A DNA stretch of 64,000 nucleotides from Cyanobacteria bacterium J06633_8 (GCA_039820645.1 JBCBPQ010000003.1:54913-118912), one strand, 5' to 3'. Positions 37,296 through 48,100 are shown, counted from the first letter of the stretch. Numbers and translations: made by a program. The notes: generated by a model not told the origin, from the letters alone.

Positions 37296-38813
37296 ATGTT
37301 CAAAACTAAAAACTTTTTTTTCACTCTTTTCAGCATCATTCTTTTTGCTATATTTATTGTTGCGATTAGATTTGAACCAATCACCCAAAGCTTTGAATTA
37401 GATTACGATGAGGGACTCAATTTAATCAAAGCATTGCTTTATTCGCGAGGTTTTTCTTTTTATAGCCAAATATGGAACGATCAACCACCTATTTTCACAG
37501 TTATTTTGTCATCCTGGTTAAATTTATTCGGACAGTCTGTATTCGCAGCACGCCTGTTAACCCTACTTTTTTCATCACTATTAATATGGTGTTTTTATCA
37601 AATAATACGTCAAGACTTAGGCAATATACCTGCTTTATTAGCTACAGTTTTATTATTCACATCTTGGCTTTATATTCGTCTTAGTATTTCCGTAATGATA
37701 GGTCTTCCATCATTATCTTTGGCAATGCTTTCTATTTATCTTATATCACTCTATAAACAAAATAATTTTAAAAGGTATCTAATTTTTTCCGGCATTGCTT
37801 TTGCATTATCCTTACAAACAAAAGCATTTACCATATTCCTGACTCCCTTAATAATTATGTATCTATGGGATTTTGAAATTAATTTATCTCAAACTAAAAA
37901 ATCTCTAAATTTATTTTATTCTCTATTGCAGTGGATGGGTATTCTCTGCTTTACTTATATCACAATTGCATTAATATTTGGACAGTTTTCCCATCAAGAG
38001 CAATTAGTTCAAACTCACTTAAATCAACCTATCAACACTGAAATACAAAATTATAATAATTTATATTATCTAAATTATATGACTGCTCAAGACCGTGACT
38101 ATATATTTTTAGCAGTCATTGGCATATTGACGATTATATATAAAAAAAATAAAAATGGATTATTGCCCATCACCTGGCTTGCGACTTCTCTCTTAATTTT
38201 ATTATTTCATAAACCAATTTGGTACCATCATTATCATTTAATCTCTATTCCTATATGTTGGCTAGGTGCTTATGCCATTGCATCATTACTTGATTTATTA
38301 TCTCAAAATTGGCAAGGTAATCTGAAATCATTTTTTAAATCAATCAATTTATTCAACCTAATAATTATTAGTTTAATTAGCATCATTTTCGTATCCTTAA
38401 TATTTGCAACACCTCCAATTACAAAAGGAGGTCCACCAAAAGATTTGCAACTTTTAAAATTAGTAATCAAATACAAAAAATCTACAAACTGGGTATTTAC
38501 AGACCGTCCTATTTATGCATTTTATGCTAATTTACCCGTTCCCCCAGAAATGGCGGTTATATCATCAAAAAGAATTAATTTTGGAAAATTGACTCATCAA
38601 GAAATGCTAGCAATTCTCAAGCAATATCGTCCCGAACAAATCGTACTTGCAAGAATGGATTTTCACATACTAAATGACCCAGAGATTAGGAATTATGTCA
38701 ATAAGTATTATACAAAAACATACAGTAACAAAAAAGAGTTAAAACAACACGAACACTATATATTATCTAGTTTAATTAGTCAGAATAGGGTAAATTTGAG
38801 CCAAGGTAAATAA
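37296..38813 (+). CDS. ArnT/PMT-like (GT39/GT83-type) GT-C glycosyltransferase
   Basis: YDEGLNLIKALLYSRGF...W.DQPP in the first periplasmic loop, about 11 TM helices, and a soluble C-terminal domain. The gene is visibly more AT-rich (Ile/Leu/Asn/Lys/Phe-rich) than its neighbours. Confidence 0.6.
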   Translation: MFKTKNFFFTLFSIILFAIFIVAIRFEPITQSFELDYDEGLNLIKALLYSRGFSFYSQIWNDQPPIFTVILSSWLNLFGQSVFAARLLTLLFSSLLIWCFYQIIRQDLGNIPALLATVLLFTSWLYIRLSISVMIGLPSLSLAMLSIYLISLYKQNNFKRYLIFSGIAFALSLQTKAFTIFLTPLIIMYLWDFEINLSQTKKSLNLFYSLLQWMGILCFTYITIALIFGQFSHQEQLVQTHLNQPINTEIQNYNNLYYLNYMTAQDRDYIFLAVIGILTIIYKKNKNGLLPITWLATSLLILLFHKPIWYHHYHLISIPICWLGAYAIASLLDLLSQNWQGNLKSFFKSINLFNLIIISLISIIFVSLIFATPPITKGGPPKDLQLLKLVIKYKKSTNWVFTDRPIYAFYANLPVPPEMAVISSKRINFGKLTHQEMLAILKQYRPEQIVLARMDFHILNDPEIRNYVNKYYTKTYSNKKELKQHEHYILSSLISQNRVNLSQGK

Positions 38814-38828
38814 AAAAAAATTGCGCTG

Positions 38829-39602
38829 ATGGAAAAAGATTTTTATCTACAGTATGCATCTGTAGAAGATAAACATTGGTGGTTTGTGGCGCGTCGTCAA
38901 ATTATACAGCAAGTAATTTGTGGATTGAGTTTACCAAAAAATGCTCAAATTTTAGAAGCAGGTTGCGGTACCGGTGGTAACTTACAAATGTTATCCCGCT
39001 ACGGTGCCGTTTCAGCAATGGAATTAGATGAAGTTGCTTGTCACCTAGCAAATCAACGGCAAATAATTCAGGTAAAGCGAGGTCATTTACCAGATAAAAT
39101 TCCTTTCAATTCGTCTTATGACTTGATTTTGATACTAGATGTCATAGAACATCTTGATGATGATTTATCGGCCCTCGAAGCTTTGTATTATAAACTCAAA
39201 CCAGGAGGTTATTTGTTAGTTACGGTACCAGCCTACCAATTTTTATGGAGCGAGCATGATGAAATTAACCATCATAAACGCCGATATCGATTAAAAAATT
39301 TAAAAAATTTAGTCAAAAAAGCAAAATATCAAGTAAGTTACAGTAGTTACTTTAATACTTTACTATTTCCCCTAATTGCAATAGTACGTAGTTTAGCAAA
39401 GCTGTTACCAAAACAAAACAAACATGAACTTAGCAGCGATTTAGTTGTACCATCAAAAACAGTAAATAAATTTTTAAAATGGTTATTCGCCAGCGAACGC
39501 TATTTAATCGATAAATTTTCTCTACCTTTTGGCGTATCTATTTTGTTATTAGCAAGAAAACCCATTCCTATTAATGTAAGGGAATTGGGAATTGGGCATT
39601 AG
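38829..39602 (+). CDS. Class I SAM-dependent methyltransferase
   Basis: Motif I ILEAGCGTGGNL, post-I SAMELD, and LDVIEHLDDD. The C-terminal codons RELGIGH-stop are encoded by an STRR. Confidence 0.8.
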   Translation: MEKDFYLQYASVEDKHWWFVARRQIIQQVICGLSLPKNAQILEAGCGTGGNLQMLSRYGAVSAMELDEVACHLANQRQIIQVKRGHLPDKIPFNSSYDLILILDVIEHLDDDLSALEALYYKLKPGGYLLVTVPAYQFLWSEHDEINHHKRRYRLKNLKNLVKKAKYQVSYSSYFNTLLFPLIAIVRSLAKLLPKQNKHELSSDLVVPSKTVNKFLKWLFASERYLIDKFSLPFGVSILLLARKPIPINVRELGIGH

Positions 39603-39690
39603 TAACTAGTAACTGCTAACTGCGCGCCTGTTAACTTTCATGGTACTTTTAACTGTCATGGTACTGTTCACTGTTAACTGCTAACTGACT
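39578..39690. repeat. STRR-type heptamer repeats (GGGAATT, TAACTAG/TAACTGC variants)
   Basis: Degenerate contiguous 7-nt units spanning the methyltransferase stop and the intergenic gap. Confidence 0.65.
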
Positions 39691-39694
39691 AAAG

Positions 39695-40666
39695 ATGACT
39701 CAACCAATAGTGTCGATAATTATCCCAATTTATAACGAACAGGAAAATATTTCCGAACTTTACCGTCGTTTGGAAGTCGTTATCAAACAGCTAGATGCTG
39801 AGAGACAAAGTGAGACAGAATTAATCTTTGTTGATGATGGTAGTCGGGATAATTCTTTAAATTTAATACGTGAAATTTACAATCGCGATTATCGGGTTAA
39901 TTACATCAGTTTAGCCCGTAACTTTGGTCATCAAATAGCTGTAACGGCAGGTTTAAATCATGTTCGTGGTAAAGTTATAGTCGTAATGGATGCCGATTTA
40001 CAAGACCCCCCAGAACTAATTTTGCCAATGGTAAATAAATGGCAACAAGGCTATCAAGTTGTTTACGCTCAACGTATATCTCGTAAGAAAGAAAGTATCT
40101 TAAAACGGTTTACAGCCTATGCTTTTTATCGTATTTTAAGACGTTTAGCTGATGTAAATATACCTGCCGATACAGGTGATTTCTGCCTAATGGATAGGGA
40201 GGTTGTTGATATTCTCAATGCCATGCCAGAACGCAATCGTTACATACGCGGTTTGCGGGCTTGGGTAGGTTTTCGACAAACAGCGATACCATTTGAAAGA
40301 GACCCCCGTTTTGCTGGTAAAGTAAAGTATTCATTTGCTAAGTCTTGGGCTTTAGCTATTAATGGAATTATTTCTTTTTCAAGAGTTCCTTTGAAACTTG
40401 CTACTTATTTAGGAATGCTTTCAGCAGTGGCTGCTTTATTAATGATATTGTTGGTTTTATATTGGCGTTTATTTGACCCCGCTTCTCCTTTAATTGGCTA
40501 CACTTTGATTACAATTGCACTGTTTTTCTTAGGCTCGGTACAATTATTTTGTATTGGTATTTTAGGCGAATATATTGGTCGTATTTACGAAGAAGTAAAA
40601 GGTCGTCCTATTTATACTGTAAAAGAAATGCGCGGGGTTCTAAATAGGGAAAGAGTTCGCAGTTAA
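39695..40666 (+). CDS. Polyprenyl-phosphate glycosyltransferase, GT2 (ArnC/GtrB/DPM1-like)
   Basis: [33 protein letters not shown] and DADLQDPPE, plus two C-terminal TM helices ending ..[20 protein letters not shown]. This architecture is typical of ArnC/GtrB. Confidence 0.85.
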   Translation: MTQPIVSIIIPIYNEQENISELYRRLEVVIKQLDAERQSETELIFVDDGSRDNSLNLIREIYNRDYRVNYISLARNFGHQIAVTAGLNHVRGKVIVVMDADLQDPPELILPMVNKWQQGYQVVYAQRISRKKESILKRFTAYAFYRILRRLADVNIPADTGDFCLMDREVVDILNAMPERNRYIRGLRAWVGFRQTAIPFERDPRFAGKVKYSFAKSWALAINGIISFSRVPLKLATYLGMLSAVAALLMILLVLYWRLFDPASPLIGYTLITIALFFLGSVQLFCIGILGEYIGRIYEEVKGRPIYTVKEMRGVLNRERVRS

Positions 40667-40715
40667 GAATTGCTAATAAGAAGAATAAATAATTAGAAGT
40701 TAGGAGCGAATGACA

Positions 40716-40815
40716 AGTAGTTAACAACTAACAACTAACAAATAACAACTAACAACTAACAACTAACAACTAACAACTAACAAATAACAACTAACAACTA
40801 ACAACTAACAACTAA
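40716..40815. repeat. STRR heptamer repeat (ACAACTA / ACAAATA)
   Basis: About 14 contiguous units. The same heptamer family appears at 45037-45120 and inside gltB. Confidence 0.9.
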
Positions 40816-40822
40816 AATTCAT

Positions 40823-41191
40823 ATGTCTTGGCAAGAATTTTGTTTGCTGCTTTTGTCAGTTTCTGCAAGTGTAACGGGACAGTTATTTTTGAAAATAGGT
40901 GCGGGAAAATTAGGAAGAGTTGATGCAGTTAATGCTTTAAAGCAGATTTTGGGTATTATCGCAACCCCGGAATTATTAATAGGTTTAGCTTGTTATGGCA
41001 TCGGCGCTGTTGTTTATATTCTTTTGCTAACTAGAGTTAATTTAAGTGTTGCAGGTCCATCGGCTTCTCTAGTTTACGTTTTTTCTGTATTAATAGGCTA
41101 TTTTATTTTTAAAGAATCGATTCCTTTGATGCGTTTTGGTGGTTTAAGTTTAATTGTTTGTGGAGTTATATTAGTAGTCTGGCAAAAGTAA
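40823..41191 (+). CDS. Small 4-TM EamA/SMR-like transporter (ArnE/ArnF-like candidate flippase)
   Basis: 122 aa with four hydrophobic helices. Its size and its position directly after the ArnC-like GT2 mirror arnE/arnF. Confidence 0.55.
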   Translation: MSWQEFCLLLLSVSASVTGQLFLKIGAGKLGRVDAVNALKQILGIIATPELLIGLACYGIGAVVYILLLTRVNLSVAGPSASLVYVFSVLIGYFIFKESIPLMRFGGLSLIVCGVILVVWQK

Positions 41192-41311
41192 ACTTTAAAA
41201 TTATTTGTTATTTATTCCTTCTTTGATATTTCTTATCTCGTAGATAGAATTATTTAAATTTAATTAATTAAATAGCAGCTAAACACATATTTTGATTCTC
41301 AACAAGCACAA

Positions 41312-41401
41312 AGAAACCGGGTTTCTCCAAACTTAAAGCATAATTATTTCGTTGAGTGATTTGCAAGAAACCCGGTTTCTCGTCGAAGTGCAAGATATGA
41401 A
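41312..41401. repeat. GAAACCCGGTTTC-type palindromic element, copy 2
   Basis: AGAAACCGGGTTTCT (41312-26), about 40 nt, then AGAAACCCGGTTTCT (41366-80) and the tail CGTCGAAGTGCAAGATATGAA. It is in the same orientation as copy 1. Confidence 0.7.
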
Positions 41402-41525
41402 CAAAGCTTCTTGCTAAACAAAATTCCAAGACTGATATTTATCTGATTTTATAATTTGCGCTCTCTACACAATTATGATTACTTATTTATAAAGCATAAA
41501 TAAAACATGAATCAGTGTTATTTCA

Positions 41526-42797
41526 ATGAGTCAATCGAAAAAGATTTTAAATAATGCCCTAAATAATGGCCTAATTTTTGCTACAGCAATGTGGTTTTTT
41601 AGCCGAATAGCGATCGTTGTTGCAATGTTGTTAATTGCACCTTTACTTCCAGTAGCCGAAAATGCCCAAGCTCCTATTTATGGATGGGATGTTTTCTACG
41701 CATGGGATAGCATTTGGTATCATCGAATTGTAGTTGTTGGCTACGAATTTGTTAATGATGGCAAACAATATTCTGTAGCTTTTTTTCCATTATTACCTTT
41801 ATTGACTCGTGTAATTATGTACTCTGGCTTGCCTTTTCAGGTGGCTGCCACCCTAATAAATAATGCCGCCTTTTTAGGTGCATTAATTGTTTTTTATTCT
41901 TGGGTAAACGAAAGCCACGGTAAAAATGCAGCCCGTTGGAGTACTGCTGTTTTAGCATGGTGTCCTTATTCTCTTTATGGAACTGTAATTTATACTGAAG
42001 GATTGTTTTTATTATTTAGTATTGCTGCCTTGCAAGCTTTCGATAAAAAACAGCATTTATCAGCAGCGGTTTGGGGAATTTTATCTACAGCAACCAGAAT
42101 TACTGGAGTCATGTTGATTCCAGCTTTTTTATATGTTGCTTGGAAACAAGGTAGAAGTTTACAAGCTTATGTATCTGCCTTAGCTGTCGGTACCGGTGCT
42201 TTTCTTTTTAGTCTGTATTGCCTGATAAAATTTGGTGATGCTTTAGCATTTGTTCACGTGCAAAAAGGTTGGCGAGAATCAACCGGATTTGCTCGTGAAG
42301 GTTGGTGGAATATGTTGATGCAAATTGTCCAAAGTTCTCCACTATTATTTGGATTAATTATTGTTAGCGGTTTTTTATTATGGCGCTTTCGTCAACAGTT
42401 AATTGATATTAAGCTACGTAGTTTATTTTATTTTTTGTGGCTACTGTTATGGTTGGGTATAGGTGAACCTTTATGGTTAACACAAGGAAATCCATTTGGA
42501 AAAATTCCTTTAGTTAAGATAGTGATTGTCTTCGGCGGACTTTATTTATTGTGGCGATCGCGAGGTAAAATTCCTTTGGTTGCTTTGGTTTACGGTTTCT
42601 TTTCCTACGGTTTAATTCTAAATACCGGACTTACAGCTTCTGTAGAGCGCTATGCTTATGGAATTGTCTCCCTGTCTTTTGCATTGGGGCTTTGTTGTAA
42701 TCGTTATCGTGCTTGGGGCTATGCCATTACAGCATTTTTCGCAGTTTTATTAGCAAGTTTAGCCGTGCAATTCGCTCACAATCAATGGGTGGCTTAA
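41526..42797 (+). CDS. Polytopic GT-C-type glycosyltransferase, PIG-V-like (paralog B)
   Basis: WDSIWYHRIVVVGYEF......AFFPLLP, plus long collinear similarity to 34142-35434 (for example AVLAWCPYSLYGTVIYTEGLFLLFSIAALQAFDKK versus AVLAWCPTSMFAGVIYTEGLYLFLSVAAMQAFDKS). Confidence 0.6.
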   Translation: MSQSKKILNNALNNGLIFATAMWFFSRIAIVVAMLLIAPLLPVAENAQAPIYGWDVFYAWDSIWYHRIVVVGYEFVNDGKQYSVAFFPLLPLLTRVIMYSGLPFQVAATLINNAAFLGALIVFYSWVNESHGKNAARWSTAVLAWCPYSLYGTVIYTEGLFLLFSIAALQAFDKKQHLSAAVWGILSTATRITGVMLIPAFLYVAWKQGRSLQAYVSALAVGTGAFLFSLYCLIKFGDALAFVHVQKGWRESTGFAREGWWNMLMQIVQSSPLLFGLIIVSGFLLWRFRQQLIDIKLRSLFYFLWLLLWLGIGEPLWLTQGNPFGKIPLVKIVIVFGGLYLLWRSRGKIPLVALVYGFFSYGLILNTGLTASVERYAYGIVSLSFALGLCCNRYRAWGYAITAFFAVLLASLAVQFAHNQWVA

Positions 42798-42815
42798 AAG
42801 TTTAATTAGCCTCCG

Positions 42816-42879
42816 CAAACCCGGTGTCTTATTGATTTCACAACCAGATTAATACTTTCACTAGAAGAAACCGGGTTTG
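42816..42879. repeat. GAAACCCGGTTTC-type palindromic element, copy 3 (inverted, truncated)
   Basis: Its reverse complement, CAAACCCGGTTTCTTCTAGTGAAAGTATTA.., aligns with copy 1 (AAACCCGGTTTCTAGTCGTGAAAGTATTA..). It starts 19 nt after the stop of paralog B. Confidence 0.6.
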
Positions 42880-43778
42880 TTTGTATATTTAGTAAGTCGT
42901 TTTTGTATTGAATTGAGCCTACTTTACTTACCTAGAATAATTTCGCTAGCTTCAAATAATAAATTTTATCCAAAAAAAGAAAGCTATATATCTAGCAATA
43001 ACCATACTATAGAAAACTAGCTTTTATTCTTCTAGTAAAGAAATATATATATGTATTTTGTATTACAAGAACAATAGCCTGAAAATGCTTAAATAAATTT
43101 ATATTTTCATGCAAATCTAGAAAAATATTACTATACACTAGCAACTTCAGTGTTTATACTGTCTGCATATATTTGTGTATTTGTCATTATTAAGATGTTA
43201 TTACTTTGACTTGTTTCTATTTAAAATAAATGTATAAAAATTTTTTTTCAAATAAAAAACTCAGTAGATATTTAATTAGTAAAAAGCTGAAATATATAGT
43301 ACTCATGTATTTGAGATAGTAGTGTAAATAATAGAATCTTTAAATGTAAATTGCTTTGCGAATATCTAGATTTGACGTAAGCCTATCTTCTGACTAGGTG
43401 AAACCAAATTATCCCGAGTCGCGTCTTGTGGAAATGTTCGAGTTACGAAGTAAGCATTGTCAGGAAAAATTTTAACCTTTTTTTAAATGGGAATATTATT
43501 CTCAAAAGGTAAAATAAACCTGAGTAATAGTTAAACTTATACTTGATGTGTCGTGTATCTGCTTATTGCTAGCTGTAAAAATATTTAGTTAATCAAATTT
43601 ACCATTTAGAGTCAAATTAGTCTGTATCTATCCGCCTCCAAAGGCGAATTTCTGTTAACCTGTGTTTAATTTTTCAGGATTACTAGAGATTAACCAGGTA
43701 ACAATGAAATAGAGAAATTGTGTTATAACTTACCGTCATATCCGTGATGGCGGTTTGGTCGTGAAGGAGCCGTGTCTG

Positions 43779-44693
43779 GTGGAAAATAAGAAGTCGTTAG
43801 CTTTACCTCAAGGAATATTAATCGCCCTTACCGCCTTATGTGGTAGTTTCGCGCTCGGATTTATGCTGCCCATCAACAGGGATACTACTAATGTAACTAC
43901 CAAGCAGCAAATAAAAAGTCAAAATATCAAAGCCACATCTGTCTCCCTATCTCGTATAAAAGATTTTCAAGGTGCAATGCTTGCCACTTGGGAACGGGAA
44001 GCCATATCTAAAGGAGTCTTCCATACTGTGCCTAAAAGCTTTCATGGCACAACTATAAAAGAAGCCAAGCTTGCTGCAAATGATAAATTGATCGCTTTAA
44101 CCTTTGATGATGGGCCTTGGCCGGGATATACTGCCCAGATATTAGACATATTGAAAAAAAATAATATCAAAGCAACGTTTTTTGTTGTCGGACAAGTACT
44201 ACAGAACTATCCCGATTTAGGCAAGCGAATAGTAACCGAAGGTCATATTATCGGCAATCATACTTGGAATCATTGGTACCATTTTTTCAACAAACAAGCC
44301 GCAGCAGTAGAAATTGACCGTACTTCAGACTTAATTTATAAAACCACAGGTACTAAAACTACTCTATTTCGTCCCCCTGGTGGAATGCTACATAATGGTT
44401 TGGCCGCTTATGCAAAAAGTAAAGATTATACCGTGGTAATGTGGTCGGCTGATTCAATTGATTATGCTCTTCCTTCACCTCCCACTTTGGTAAATAGAGT
44501 TGTTAGACAAGCTACCCCCGGTGGCATTGTACTGTTGCATGATGGTGGTGGTCCTCGTAAAAACACTGTTGCGGCTCTACCATCGATGATAAGCAAGTTG
44601 AGAAATAAAGGTTATCGTTTTGTGACAATTACAGAATTACTGGAGCATCAAGAAAAACAGAAAAAGACTCTTACAGCACAAAATACGAAATAG
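43779..44693 (+). CDS. Polysaccharide deacetylase (NodB homology domain) with an N-terminal membrane anchor
   Basis: ALTFDDGPW, GHIIGNHTWNH, LFRPPGG and VLLHDGGG. The track start is TTG 43755. The in-frame GTG at 43779 follows AAGGAG with a 9-nt spacer and is preferred. Confidence 0.85.
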   Translation: MENKKSLALPQGILIALTALCGSFALGFMLPINRDTTNVTTKQQIKSQNIKATSVSLSRIKDFQGAMLATWEREAISKGVFHTVPKSFHGTTIKEAKLAANDKLIALTFDDGPWPGYTAQILDILKKNNIKATFFVVGQVLQNYPDLGKRIVTEGHIIGNHTWNHWYHFFNKQAAAVEIDRTSDLIYKTTGTKTTLFRPPGGMLHNGLAAYAKSKDYTVVMWSADSIDYALPSPPTLVNRVVRQATPGGIVLLHDGGGPRKNTVAALPSMISKLRNKGYRFVTITELLEHQEKQKKTLTAQNTK

Positions 44694-44745
44694 TTATTAG
44701 TTATTAGTGTTTAGTGTTTAGTGTTTAGTGTTTAGTTTTTAACAG
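44693..44745. repeat. STRR heptamer repeat (TTATTAG / GTTTAGT)
   Basis: Contiguous 7-nt units starting at the deacetylase stop. Confidence 0.8.
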
Positions 44746-44861
44746 CGATTAATTAAATAATCCCTATTAATTGATTTTTTCACAAATTCAGCAACAAACT
44801 GGCAATAAAGCCACTGCTACAAGATATGCATACTTTAAAACAATTTATGGCTAATAAATAA

Positions 44862-44890
44862 AAGGGTACGGCAATATTCGCCGTACCCTT
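44862..44890. terminator. Bidirectional-type stem-loop between convergent genes
   Basis: Perfect 11-bp stem AAGGGTACGGC / GCCGTACCCTT with a 7-nt loop and A/T-rich flanks on both sides. Confidence 0.55.
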
Positions 44891-44982
44891 ATTAATTTAA
44901 TGTCAGATCGATGCAACTAAATTATGATGTATGGCAATAGCCTCTCCAAGATATCGAAGAGGGGAAGGAATGAAGTTCTAAG

Positions 44983-45120
44983 AGTTATTAATTATCAGTT
45001 ATTAATTATCAGTTATTAATTATCAGTTATTAATTAACAACCAACAACCAACAACTAACAACTAACAACCAACAACCAACAACTAACAACTAACAACCAA
45101 CAACCAACAACTAACAACTA
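44983..45120. repeat. Compound tandem repeat: 14-mer (AGTTATTAATTATC) x3.5, then 12 heptamers arranged as a 28-nt higher-order unit x3
   Basis: The 14-mers run 44983-45036. At 45037-45120, (ACAACCA ACAACCA ACAACTA ACAACTA) occurs three times, ending 1 nt before the gltB stop codon. Confidence 0.9.
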
Positions 45121-45121
45121 G

Positions 45122-48100
45122 CTACAAAACCTTACTCAATTCCTTTTGTTTAGTATTAGCTTGGAGAGAAGCAGCTTCAGAAGGAGGTACTACTTGCCAG
45201 AATTTTGGTAGGAATTCTTGCCAGTTATCCAAAATCATTTTCGCTTTAACCGATTCTGTACGTTCAAAATGAGCGGTTATCAAATCCTTGAGTTGCTTTT
45301 CTCCTGCGTCTGTAACTACTCTTTGAATATTTACGATTTCTGGATTTACTAGTTGGGGGAAGCTACCATCTTCATCTAGAAAATATCCCAATCCACCAGT
45401 CATTCCAGCACCAACATTACGCCCAACTGCACCCAAGACTACGATTACACCACCAGTCATGTATTCGCAACAATGATCCCCGGCTCCTTCAATTACAGCC
45501 GTACCCTTAGAGTTACGCACCGCAAAACGTTCGCCAGCTTTACCTCTAGCAAATAACATTCCACCGGTTGCACCGTAAAGGCAGGTATTGCCAATTATCA
45601 CATTTTGAGATGGATCGTAAGTTGCGATGCTTGGTGGTTTAATTGTAATTTCTCCACCGTTCATTCCCTTACCTACGTAATCATTAGCTTCTCCCAACAA
45701 TGTTAAAGTCATTCCAGGAAGATTGAAAGCACCAAAACTTTGTCCGACGCTGCCAGTAAAGGTAAGGTTGATTTGACCTTTGAAACCGTTATCCCCATAT
45801 TTAGACGCGATAGCTCCAGCAATGCGTGCCCCTATGGTTCGATCTGTATTAACCGCAGTTACTGTTTTATTTATTTGGGAATGTCTGTCAATGGCGTTTT
45901 GAATTTCAACATCCGCTAATAAATCATCATCGAGAACAGTACCGTTGCTGTGAACTACTTCGTGTTGCAACCAGCTACGATTTTCTCTGGTATCGGGTAA
46001 CTTCAACAGGCAATCAAGATTTAATGCTTTTGTCTTGGTTAATTGGGCATCTTCGCGCATTTTCATTAAGTCAGCACGTCCAATTACTTCCGAAAGACTT
46101 GCATAACCAAACTTTGCTAACAGACTGCGTACTTCTTCAGCAATAAAGTAGAAGAAATTAACTACTTTTTCTGGGGTTCCGGGGAAGCGTTTTCGTAATT
46201 CTTCCCTCTGGGAAGCAACACCTACAGGGCAGCTATTTAAATGACATACCCGCGCCATAATACAACCTTCGGCAATCATAGCAATGGAACCAAAACCAAA
46301 TTCTTCGGCTCCCATCATTGCTGCCATTAAAATATCCCAACCAGTCTTTAAACCGCCGTCTACGCGCAAAATCACTCGATCGCGCAGGCTATTTTCCATT
46401 AGAACTCGATGTACTTCACTTAAACCCAGCTCCCAAGGAGAACCGGCGTGCTTAATAGAACTTAGGGGAGATGCTCCCGTTCCACCATCATGACCGGAAA
46501 TCTGGATAATATCGGCATTGGCTTTAGCTACACCAGCAGCAATAGTTCCGATACCGATTTCCGATACCAGTTTCACCGAAACTTGAGCTTTAGGATTAAT
46601 TTGATGTAAATCAAAAATTAACTGTGCCAAGTCTTCAATCGAATAAATATCGTGATGCGGTGGTGGAGAAATTAAAGTCACTCCAGGTTTGGAACGTCTT
46701 AAGCTAGCAATATATTCGCTAACTTTTTTACCCGGTAACTGTCCCCCTTCTCCGGGTTTTGCACCTTGAGCCATCTTAATTTCAATTTGCTTGCCGCTCA
46801 TCAGGTACTGTGGAGTTACACCAAAGCGTCCCGATGCAACTTGCTTGATGGCACTCGAAGCAGTATCGCCGTTACGCAAACCATTTAAATGAGGTAAAGT
46901 TGCTGAATGTCCCGTTTCATTAACATTACTTAAAGTTTTAAAACGTATGGGGTCTTCACCACCTTCACCTGAATTAGACTTTCCGCCAAGACGATTCATG
47001 GCGATCGCCAGGGTTTCATGTGCTTCTCGTGACAATGCTCCTAGTGACATTCCACCAGTACAGAAGCGCTTGACGATTTCGCTTACCGGCTCTACTTCTT
47101 CAATAGAAATAGGCTTTCTGTCGCTTTGAAACTCAATTAAATCCCGTAATGCGGTTATCGGTCTCCCTTGCAAATGCTTTTGATAAACTTCGTAATGGTC
47201 GTAATTTTTACTATCAACAGCTTGGTGGAGTGCTTTCGCCATTTGCGGGCTGTTCATATGGTATTCGCCACCGCGACGATACTGAACAAAACCCAAGTTT
47301 TCTAACTTTTTGGCGTTTAATTCAGGGAAGGCTTTGCAGTGTATCGATAAAACTTCCTGGGCTAATTCTATGAGGCTAATTCCGCCAATCCGGGAAGTAG
47401 TACCTTCAAATCCTAAATCTAACAAATCTCTACCAATACCAATAGCTTCAAAAATTTGCGCTCCTTGGTAACTAGTCAGCAGCGAAATTCCCATTTTAGA
47501 AAGGATTTTCAGTAAACCGTTTTCTACAGCCTTGGCATAATTAGCTAGGGATTTCTCCAAACTTACAGCTGCAATTTTACCCCGCTCCATAAACTGCTGA
47601 GTTTTGGGATCTGACCACCAGCTACGTAAAGTATCCAAAGCCATATAGGGACAAACCGCAGCCGCACCGAATCCAATCAAGCAAGCGAAATGATGGGTAC
47701 TCCAACATTGAGCGGTATTAACCACCAAAGAAGCATTCATTCGCAATCCTTCATGAATTAAATGGTGATGTACTGCACCTACCGCCAATAAAGGAGGAAT
47801 GTAAGTATTTTCTGCATCTATTGCCCCATACTCTTGCCACTCTTGGGAATTCCGATCAACTTTATCGCTCAATACCAAAATCTTCGCACCATTACGCACA
47901 GCTTCCACCGCTTGCTTTTGCAAAGACTCCACAGCAGCTTTTAAACCTTCCCGTCCGCTGCTAATCGGAAATACCGTTGATAATTCAACCGTATCAAAAT
48001 CCGACTTTTGTATTTCTTGTAATTGAGCCTCAGTTAATACCGGCGATTCCAACTTGAAACGGCGAGCATATTCGGGTTTGGGGTCAAGTAAATTACCTCT

